NCBI GenBank assembly: GCA_964426185.1
Contig: CAYRPF010000003.1
Span: 14,243-46,242, forward strand
Reading direction: 5' to 3'
DNA length: 32,000 bases
Source: an uncultured archaeon
GTDB taxonomy: Archaea; Asgardarchaeota; Lokiarchaeia; Sigyniarchaeales; Promethearchaeaceae
A program made the position numbers and the translations under genes. Under the pieces are notes generated by a model. That model had not been told where the DNA came from. It searched no databases and was given only the letters and a program-made list of their open reading frames with translations. Below, piece by piece: positions 25,301-32,000 of this stretch; position 1 is the stretch's first letter, and the number at the start of each line of letters is the position of its first letter.

Positions 25301-27311
25301 GGCTTTCAAGCGAGAAGTAGATCCTCAAATCGGATTTGTCGATTTAGGCAATGGAGATTTCAACGTTTCCATCACAGTTGATCCTTTAGCTGTGCCAGGA
25401 ATGTATGAAGGTTATATTGTCCTAAATAGTACTAACGATAACCAGATGTTGGTTCCATACGGTTACAGCGTTGCTGCGTACGTGCAAAATTACAGCACCG
25501 CAGGTTGGACCTATCTCAGTGATGGTTCATTTACTGGTCGACCAAACGATAATGGTTTGTATGGTTGTGCTGATTGGGATTGGCGCCCAGAATCAGGTGA
25601 TTGGCGTTATTACGATTTCTACGTAGAAAACTCCTCCGAAATGAACACCATTGCTTTAGAATTAACCTGGGAAAATCCTGGTTCCGAAATGAACATGTGG
25701 TTAATGGATCATGATGGTTGGATAATTGATTATACCGATTATATGACAAATGGGGGTCAATATATTTCAAATTTGAATGCTCCTCCAACTCAACAGAGAT
25801 TATTAGTAGATCTTCCATGGACAACTGATCTTTGGACAGTTATTGTTCATTCAACCACATTGGCTCCAACAGTAGATACAGTTCCATTAGAGAACTTTAC
25901 TTTGAAAGTCACCTATATGAATGATACGGTTGATACTTTCACAGAACCGGGTGTTACCGTTACTGTTCCGGGTGATTTTGCAACATCTACTGGAGTTCCG
26001 GTAACTAATGAGATATATACTGTTGAATGGGATATTGTTTCAAGCAATCCTATTCCTGAGTTTGTTAATGATGAATATAACAACACCTTGGCAATTACGG
26101 CAGGAAATGTGATTGAAGAGACTATTGATTTGAGTGCAGATGAATTGGTTAAGAATACTGGTAATATTGTCCCCGAATATACTAAAGGAGTATATTTAGA
26201 AGCGGGTCAATATGTTTCTGGTACGTTGGATTGGACTGATTCTTCCGATTTCGATTTCTTATTGATTCCCGCAGGTGCTCCATACGATTTTGATTCGGAT
26301 ATTTTCGGTGCTCCAGCAGCAACCAGTTCTCGTCCCGAACACTTTGAAGGCTACATTCCAGCTACTGGATTGTATGAAATTGTTGTTGAATGGTATGATG
26401 GTCCTGGAACAGATGTGACATTTAGTTATGTGTTCTCCATTTTAGGAGATGATATCTATTACGCCAATGTATTACCTGGCACAGCTATGACCGTGAATAT
26501 GACTGATTTAGGTGCCGCTCAAGGAACCTATTTAGTTACAACCACCAGCGCTGGATGGAACTTTGACCATACCATCAATACTCGCTTTATCTATGACACC
26601 GGTGCTCCAGTGATTACTGCTCCAGATCAAGTGGGTGCTTATCAAGAATGGAATACCTTTGAATTCTATATTGATGAAGCTTCTGAGGGAACTTATGAAG
26701 TATATAATGGTGAATGTCTATTAGCTGCAGGTGAATTCAGTGGTTCTGGATATGTTGATTTCGATTTCTTCGGTTATGAATTGGATGTCTTTGATTTCAC
26801 CGTAATCGTAGAAGATATGTTCGGAGACAACGATACTCAGATACTCTCTGCAACAATTGACTTCTGGCCCGATTTCGACTATATCGATATCGCAAGCACC
26901 AGCTTTGTATTTGCTCCGTATGATGTTGATATGGTTTCTGGTTATTATGAAGTGTATGTCGATGGCGTTTTATATCAAAATGGTTCTGTTGCAGATGCTG
27001 AAGAAATCTCTGTTGATACTTCCGATTGGGATGAAGGTTCCTATGCAATTGAAATCTATATCTTCGATGAATATGGTTATGGAGTAATGACCGAATTCAC
27101 CGTAATGATCATTGCCGGTCCTGAAACTACAGTCACAGTTACAGAAACAGTTACAGTTACAGAAACAGTTACAGTGACTGTTACAGAAACAGATGATACC
27201 GCCACAGATGATACTTCTGGTGGTGGAGGTATTCCTGGATATACAGTAGGCGCTCTGATCATTGTTACCTTAGGTGCTGCTGCTTTATTATTGAAAAAAT
27301 ATCGTAAATAA
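22365..27311 (+). CDS. Large surface-anchored S8 subtilase (pyrolysin-like, with a large insert in the catalytic domain)
   Basis: Signal peptide. Catalytic D (IHDTGVD), H (GHGTGCAG), oxyanion N (TGNGG), S (GGTSASCP). Thr-rich linker. IPGY+TM+KKYRK Loki-CTERM-like anchor. SD AGGAG. Confidence 0.95.
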   Translation: MKDFRFSLSKTRYRIGILLLMVVMMVPMGIASSMPATNNTVTGETQKEFTNANPDLVLDDSKLDGYLSEMIKNNKILDGINYINGKMSVQMLVAGDPYLGGKINPITISKLGDDVFWVHATVDNIADIETLQAEENVLKIGADRYYGPDRSSIGTDPQSFKHLDMSAPVFMDKTDIMDANVPVTDSVETREILGVNTVNEMGFNGSGVMVNIHDTGVDFGHTALRNAMAVDENGYPLSFEPMGRMSLTSLWSYDYWMSIYNDPCHNPEGYDAYIAGLLESWFSPRHTDADGYISLSGYSNLFAYVADLGSLYTMGQLGISLPSSYYVGNLPGNNTGYAFGMAVTHNNGYIQFVPFLEADADDDGAYDTLYVDYQSGWALTLWWWIEDDYYYDLAPFNFTIGGVHNNTNNLALSADVWDGVTFGAQDGYYDISMGSIGNVYDMMDLIDGDMLLGIPADGKALGHIWDVGGHGTGCAGYVAGAWTDYQLLADPNEWTYPDDNYFTIGGMAPEANIIATAGFSSTATELGWQWASGFDYNSTSGYWEYNPASTHRANVSSNSWGISAVMDGNGIAYGFDFETMFIDYLSAPGYIDANYPGLLFLTSTGNGGSGMGTSKQPSQSTAAVAVGASTVNWWRYTTGYGDNETQQGNDQIIGWSDNGPSLTGYPKIDIVAPGAFDFSIQPVEIGGVTFTEVFGGTSASCPVTAGSMAVLYQAWNKAHPGVQLTPDMAKVILKSTAKDLGYDPYMQGAGRVDVYAMVDYAMGWNETLIAYSYDAPAMTVDRSFFNFYYYYFGELPPLAVQYLADTAVYGGAMLPGETVYNDLHVLGNQTSLDYEAVTFNTVYTAVNSSSELHTSEYYTKFALADLFDITQLRDADYFQLILAMDFDEAMEYRNTYHRNPPYMYVTSLESGTIGAGDEEFAFWNYAYDNNNFQDLFLPTNFIQDSENPVYIQVRDYVFNNESSYYDENWTGIDFTLSVRAFKREVDPQIGFVDLGNGDFNVSITVDPLAVPGMYEGYIVLNSTNDNQMLVPYGYSVAAYVQNYSTAGWTYLSDGSFTGRPNDNGLYGCADWDWRPESGDWRYYDFYVENSSEMNTIALELTWENPGSEMNMWLMDHDGWIIDYTDYMTNGGQYISNLNAPPTQQRLLVDLPWTTDLWTVIVHSTTLAPTVDTVPLENFTLKVTYMNDTVDTFTEPGVTVTVPGDFATSTGVPVTNEIYTVEWDIVSSNPIPEFVNDEYNNTLAITAGNVIEETIDLSADELVKNTGNIVPEYTKGVYLEAGQYVSGTLDWTDSSDFDFLLIPAGAPYDFDSDIFGAPAATSSRPEHFEGYIPATGLYEIVVEWYDGPGTDVTFSYVFSILGDDIYYANVLPGTAMTVNMTDLGAAQGTYLVTTTSAGWNFDHTINTRFIYDTGAPVITAPDQVGAYQEWNTFEFYIDEASEGTYEVYNGECLLAAGEFSGSGYVDFDFFGYELDVFDFTVIVEDMFGDNDTQILSATIDFWPDFDYIDIASTSFVFAPYDVDMVSGYYEVYVDGVLYQNGSVADAEEISVDTSDWDEGSYAIEIYIFDEYGYGVMTEFTVMIIAGPETTVTVTETVTVTETVTVTVTETDDTATDDTSGGGGIPGYTVGALIIVTLGAAALLLKKYRK
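27129..27191 (+). repeat. Coding repeat (ACAGTT/ACAGAA)n encoding the TVTVTE linker
   Basis: ACAGTCACAGTTACAGAA ACAGTTACAGTTACAGAA ACAGTTACAGTGACTGTTACAGAA. Confidence 0.9.
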
Positions 27312-27339
27312 TAATCTACAGAGCATCTAAGTATAAATA

Positions 27340-27381
27340 ATTACTCCGTGAAAATGGAGTAATCACATTTTTTTCTTTTTT
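27340..27381 (+). terminator. Hairpin plus T-tract downstream of the subtilase
   Basis: ATTACTCCGT-GAAA-ATGGAGTAAT (10-bp stem, GNRA loop) followed by TTTTTTTCTTTTTT. Confidence 0.75.
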
Positions 27382-27534
27382 CGTTTCGTTTTCGTTTCGC
27401 TGTTTTTCTACAATTTTCTTTATTGTTTTCATCATTCTTCTTCTTGGGAATTTCTACTATTTCATGAGAAATACGCGGATTTTGACCGTTTAGCAAAATC
27501 TTAAATCATTTTACTTCCAACATACCTATATAGA

Positions 27535-29664
27535 ATGCCAGAAAATGAGCCCTCAATAAATCAATTACTTCATAAAGCTGAAGAATTAAATCATTCTGAT
27601 CCAACTGAAGCTGAAAAAATGTTCCGTAATTTGTTAAAGTTAGATTTGGATAGATCAATTTGGTTTAAAACACAAAGAGGGTTAGCCTTTAGTCTCTGTC
27701 AGCAGGAAAAGATTACTGAAGCCAAGCAAATTTATCAACATTTGCTTCAGCAGTCACGCGAACTAAATTTAGATGAAATTTTTGCAGATGCTAACGTTGG
27801 ATTGGCCAGAATTGCCATGGAAACTGGTGAATTAAAGAAATGTGCTGAATATTCTCAAATTGCCTTAAAAATTTACCGAAATTTAAATTTAATAGAACAA
27901 GAAATTACCACGTTGAACATAATTGCTGTGAATGCTTATTCTCGCGGAGACGTGATTTCTGCCTTAGAGAATTTCAAAACTTGCTTAAAAATAATGCCTA
28001 ATACTAGAACTCCTGCATATTCGAATGTTTTAAATAATATTGCACTTACATATCGATTGCAAGGAAATCTGGAGAAAGCTGTTGAATACTTCTCTAAGGC
28101 AATAGAAGCTGCTAAAATTAGTGGGTTTGAATGGGTATTGAGTACACATGAAAACAACCTTGGCGAAACTCTCTGTCTCTTAGGAGAATACAACCAAGCT
28201 AAAGAGCATTTTAAAATAGCAATGGAAATTGCAAAAAATCACAACGATTTACGCAATATTGCCTTGGTAAAATCAAGTTATGCTCAATATCTAATAGAAA
28301 CTGGTCAGCTTGATGTGGCTTATCAAAAACTTCTAGAAGCTTTTCAAATTCACGAAAAAATAAATGATCCGCTAAGTAAGATCATTTTACTTCTTAATTT
28401 TGCAAATTATTGGCATGTTAAGGGACATTTACAGAAAGCTAAATTTAATTTAGAAGATGCGTGGCGAATAATCAAAGAATCAGGAGTACAAGAGTCTGCT
28501 ATAGAGGTATTAATTGCCTTAGTCGAAGTTTACGAATCTACGGGTAATACTGAGAAAGCTTATGAATATTTGCTAATTGCCCATCAAATGGCTCAAGAGA
28601 GGGATTCAGATTTAGCCAGAACTCAAGTTTTAACTCAACGAGGATTGATTTTAGTTAATCAAAAGCAATTTCATGAAGCAGAATTAATTTTAGATGATGC
28701 GATTTGGTTGGCAAGAAGAATTCAACATTCAGAATTAGAGTATAAATCTGAAATTTTATTGTCTAGAAATTATTTAGGACAATATCAGCAAGATTTTAAC
28801 GAAATTTATATCCATAAATCCTTAGAACTAATAACAGATGCAAAATTTATCGCAAAAAAACAAAAACTCATTCCCCGTTATATTGACATTCTCATTATTG
28901 AAGGAATGCTTTTAACCAGTACAAATCAAGAAGAAAAAGCGAAAAAAATATTAACTGAAGCTAAAACACTTGCAAATGAGCGGGGTATGATAATTCAAGC
29001 TCAAACTGCCCAAGATAGGTTGTTGTTGATTTTGGGAGGCACTACTACTAAAAAAAATCAAAAACCCTTTAAAAAAATGGTTCTATCTCTTATTCTTGAT
29101 GAAATATCCAGAGCTACTGCCACATATTTGGAGTCAAATTTCTCAGAGGGCGATTTAGATGAGACCTTCATGGCTGTTTTTTCCATGGATCCAGAAACTG
29201 GACCAAAAATTCTGGAAACCGAAAATATTGATTTAACTGATCAATTTTGGTACCGTCAAATATATCAAATTGCTTCTTTATACTCCGTCAGTTTAATTCA
29301 AAGTCAAGCATATCATGAAGGTTTATTTGGGCCACTTCCCTTTGGGGAAACAAATTTACGTAGCATTATTTATACATGCAAATTTCCCTCTTCAGATTCG
29401 CCCTCTTCAATTTTAAATTCTTCCAATTTAAGTTCGCAAGATTTGATTAATTCAGAAGCAGATATTGTTCTATTTTGTATGGTTTTTCCTATGGGTATGA
29501 TACCATTATTTTATGATCGGACTAAAGTGGAAGTGATTTTTGCAAAACAAACCAAATCTTTGACTTCATTTTCTCAAATAACTAAAGAATTTTTAAAAAT
29601 CATGCATGAAAATATCATAGCGGAAATTATTGCTGATCTCTATGATCCATTAACTGAAATATAA
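27535..29664 (+). CDS. TPR-repeat protein with a C-terminal uDENN/longin-like domain
   Basis: About 500 aa of TPR repeats (e.g. LNNIALTYRLQGNLEKAVEYFSKA). The C-terminal domain starts FMAVFSMDPETGPKIL and contains EGLFGPLPF. Confidence 0.85.
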   Translation: MPENEPSINQLLHKAEELNHSDPTEAEKMFRNLLKLDLDRSIWFKTQRGLAFSLCQQEKITEAKQIYQHLLQQSRELNLDEIFADANVGLARIAMETGELKKCAEYSQIALKIYRNLNLIEQEITTLNIIAVNAYSRGDVISALENFKTCLKIMPNTRTPAYSNVLNNIALTYRLQGNLEKAVEYFSKAIEAAKISGFEWVLSTHENNLGETLCLLGEYNQAKEHFKIAMEIAKNHNDLRNIALVKSSYAQYLIETGQLDVAYQKLLEAFQIHEKINDPLSKIILLLNFANYWHVKGHLQKAKFNLEDAWRIIKESGVQESAIEVLIALVEVYESTGNTEKAYEYLLIAHQMAQERDSDLARTQVLTQRGLILVNQKQFHEAELILDDAIWLARRIQHSELEYKSEILLSRNYLGQYQQDFNEIYIHKSLELITDAKFIAKKQKLIPRYIDILIIEGMLLTSTNQEEKAKKILTEAKTLANERGMIIQAQTAQDRLLLILGGTTTKKNQKPFKKMVLSLILDEISRATATYLESNFSEGDLDETFMAVFSMDPETGPKILETENIDLTDQFWYRQIYQIASLYSVSLIQSQAYHEGLFGPLPFGETNLRSIIYTCKFPSSDSPSSILNSSNLSSQDLINSEADIVLFCMVFPMGMIPLFYDRTKVEVIFAKQTKSLTSFSQITKEFLKIMHENIIAEIIADLYDPLTEI

Positions 29665-29684
29665 AAAATTAATATAAAAAATTA
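29658..29684. repeat. 13-bp tandem duplication at a convergent stop-codon junction
   Basis: AATATAAAAAATT at 29658 and 29671. Confidence 0.7.
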
Positions 29685-30472
29685 CTATTTTTATTTCTTT
29701 TTTGGGCAAGTAAAAGAAGAGAATCGTGTTTTGAAGAACTAAACGGGATTTTATTATATGATCCCCAAGTTTCTAAAATTTCCAAGTTGAAGGAAGAAAG
29801 GATTTTTGCGATTTCTGAATTGGAAATTAACGGCCAGAATGATTTGTGTGCTTTAACTTCCGGTTTTGATCTATTTTTCTTTTGATATACTTCAACAAAT
29901 TCGACTTCCATCTGATTTTGGTGTAAATTGGGATCGAATCTTTTTATGGTATAAAAATTATCCCCTTCCTGGGTGTGACAAATTGGAGATGGTACATATC
30001 CTTTCCGAGGTTTGGAATTATTCAAGATCTGGAAAAACAATAGGCCATTAGGGGCTAAAAATTGATTAATGCGGCTGAAAAGTTCTAGTGGTTTATGATC
30101 TTCCAGCATTAAGAGGATAGAATTTCCTAAACTATAAATAAAATCAAATTTACCAAAATTTGATGGGGATTGTGAAAAAAAGTCCCCTGCGTGAAAATTT
30201 ATTTGGGAAGATATAGCCCAGTCAAACGAAATCAATAGTTTTTGGGCTAATTGAATCATTTCTGATGATAAATCAATTCCTACTAACTCTGCTTTAGGAA
30301 AATATTTTGCCAATTCTGTTAAATGTTTACCAGGACCACAACCCAAATCTAAAATTCGTATTTGTTTTTGGGTTGTGTTTTTTTGTTCACAAATTTCCTT
30401 TAGAATAGGTATTTCCCGTCGTAAACGCTTTTGCCAGTTAATTGTTTGTAAATAAATTTCTGCACTCATCAT
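29669..30472 (-). CDS. Class I SAM-dependent methyltransferase (glycine/sarcosine N-methyltransferase-like)
   Basis: ILDLGCGPG, VGIDLSSEMI, FDFIYSLGNS, LAPNGLLF, WGSY. Confidence 0.9.
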   Translation of the reverse strand: MMSAEIYLQTINWQKRLRREIPILKEICEQKNTTQKQIRILDLGCGPGKHLTELAKYFPKAELVGIDLSSEMIQLAQKLLISFDWAISSQINFHAGDFFSQSPSNFGKFDFIYSLGNSILLMLEDHKPLELFSRINQFLAPNGLLFFQILNNSKPRKGYVPSPICHTQEGDNFYTIKRFDPNLHQNQMEVEFVEVYQKKNRSKPEVKAHKSFWPLISNSEIAKILSSFNLEILETWGSYNKIPFSSSKHDSLLLLAQKRNKNSNFLY

Positions 30473-30531
30473 TTTGAGATACCTAGTTAAATTCTAAAGG
30501 AGAAATATGATGTAAAAAAGCTAACTAAATT

Positions 30532-31167
30532 TTAATTGATTCGAATAACTTTCACATGAAATACCAGTAATTTGTTATACAATTGAGAATTTGAAGGACC
30601 GTAGCCTAAAATTTCTTCTCCAGTTACGTCATCGAGACCATCGTTGTTTGCATCCGGCTGACCTGGAATTTCAAAAGTTTTCGATTCTCCTTCTTCCATG
30701 CCAAGAATTTGATAGTAAAATCCCTTAATTAGGCGAGTTTTTGAAACTTCAGTATCGAATTCAGAGGGACCTTGAAAAGGTTCTTCGGAATTTATATCTA
30801 CTTGGTTATCGCCATCAAAATCAACCCATAATGTATACTCCAACCGCACATTGTCGCCGGGTTGAATTCCTGAAGTAATAACAGGATCGTTACTGGTATC
30901 ATCTGAAATATAGATGCCGGGTCCAGGATTTAAAACAGCAGCAGCTGCTTTTTCTAAATTATTTTGCTTAACTTGAATTCCAATCACAATTCCACCTGCA
31001 ATCAGAACCGTGGCGATAGTAAAAAGGGCAAAACCCACATTTCTCCGATGGCTTTTACTATTTAAAAATTCCTCATCATAATATTTAGGTTGATTAGATT
31101 TTCGTGGGTTAGAACGGTAATCTTGAACTTTCTTAGTTACCTTAACTTGATATTTACTTTTTCCCAT
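30532..31167 (-). CDS. Membrane-anchored FKBP-type peptidyl-prolyl isomerase
   Basis: Basic N-terminus, one TM helix, then IQPGDNVRLEY, LIKGF..ILGMEEGESKTFEIP, GYG, LVFHVKV. Confidence 0.82.
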   Translation of the reverse strand: MGKSKYQVKVTKKVQDYRSNPRKSNQPKYYDEEFLNSKSHRRNVGFALFTIATVLIAGGIVIGIQVKQNNLEKAAAAVLNPGPGIYISDDTSNDPVITSGIQPGDNVRLEYTLWVDFDGDNQVDINSEEPFQGPSEFDTEVSKTRLIKGFYYQILGMEEGESKTFEIPGQPDANNDGLDDVTGEEILGYGPSNSQLYNKLLVFHVKVIRIN

Positions 31168-31638
31168 GCTATATTCACTTAATTTAAAGAATCACGATTT
31201 TAGTAGTTAATTGTTATAATAAAATAATGAGGGGTTCGTATAAAAATTAAAGGCATGATAGATATTATTATAAGTGCAAAAAAGTTTAAGGAGAAATTAA
31301 GACTTCAAACTTAGAATATTTCCAATTTTTCTATTGCATTTTTTGGAATTATTCCAATTTATAGAATTGGTTTTCAGAAATATTTAGTACTAAAATTGAA
31401 AATGCTAAATAATTCGAAATGCATAAATAGGTAAACTCTCTTATGTGTTCACATAGGATTATATTTCATAGAAAAATGGAAATAAGAAAAGTTAGAAATT
31501 TTCCAATGTGGAGAGATTTTCTAATTATCCTTAAATACCAAGATTGATTCATTGTAAGTAACACATCCTAGAAAAAGGAGTTCTTTAAACTTAAACAAGA
31601 ATAATTAAAAACCAAATATTCAGAGGGGAATCAAAGTA

Positions 31639-31902
31639 TTGGAAACTACCTTTCAAGCAACTAACCTAAGCCGCCTTAAAATCGCAGATCGATTACGATT
31701 AATTCGCTCAATTACGGACGACTTCCAACGACATTATGTATTTAAGGACGGGCTTCGCTTTAACTTTCTATTTGGACTATACAGCCAAAAACTGGAAAAT
31801 TTGCTGAACGAATGCGATCAAATTGATGACGAACAATTTCATAGTAATTTAAAAATTTTAAGGCGTTCTGTAGAAGAGATGGCGCCTTATATAATTAAAT
31901 AA
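31639..31902 (+). CDS. Hypothetical protein (87 aa, helical)
   Basis: TTG start preceded by GAGGGG. Followed by T-tracts. Plausible amino-acid composition. Confidence 0.7.
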   Translation: METTFQATNLSRLKIADRLRLIRSITDDFQRHYVFKDGLRFNFLFGLYSQKLENLLNECDQIDDEQFHSNLKILRRSVEEMAPYIIK

Positions 31903-32000
31903 TTATCTTCTAATCTAATCAAAACATACCTGTTCTCTTTTTCATGAGAAATGATCGACCAACAATCTAACAAATCCTTTTTTCATTTCTTTTTTCATTT

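Noticed and set aside
1760-30051. Remaining short nested or antisense ORFs in the track (e.g. 6077..6451, 6418..6852, 8256..8540, 13589..13867, 25531..25824, 27077..27262)
   Set aside because: All are shadows of well-supported genes, with no motifs or independent expression signals.

Overview
AT-rich archaeal window, most likely from an Asgard (Lokiarchaeia/Promethearchaeota-like) genome. That assignment is inferred from two ESCRT-III (CHMP1/Vps46-like) paralogues, an Arf/Rag-type GTPase, a TPR protein with a uDENN/longin-like tail, Loki-CTERM-type surface proteins and a 9/4-fold tRNA-Sec. In order, the window holds a hypothetical protein, a 29-aa small ORF missing from the ORF track and divergent from a glutamine synthetase family gene, and a PadR-type regulator with a heterodimeric ABC exporter (170-aa insertion in one NBD). 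Next come an M42 aminopeptidase, a membrane protein, an HTH regulator, a Mesh1-like HD hydrolase, a surface glycoprotein, the GTPase, tRNA-Sec(UCA), ABCE1/RLI, a PfkB kinase, a ThiI-like protein with a degenerate active site and a Trm11-like methyltransferase. The right third holds the head-to-head ESCRT-III pair, a hypothetical protein ending C-Y-T-TGA-TAA, a structured GC-rich intergenic element, a 1648-aa surface subtilase, the TPR-uDENN-like protein, a SAM methyltransferase, a membrane FKBP and a small hypothetical protein. The most notable observations are the divergent ESCRT-III pair with both MIM2- and MIM1-like motifs and no adjacent Vps4, tRNA-Sec flanked by tandem duplications that supply the stop codons of both neighbours, the small protein opposite glnA, and the candidate switch-like RNA upstream of the subtilase. 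No CRISPR array, rRNA or mobile element was seen. All family assignments are by motif recognition; no searches were run.
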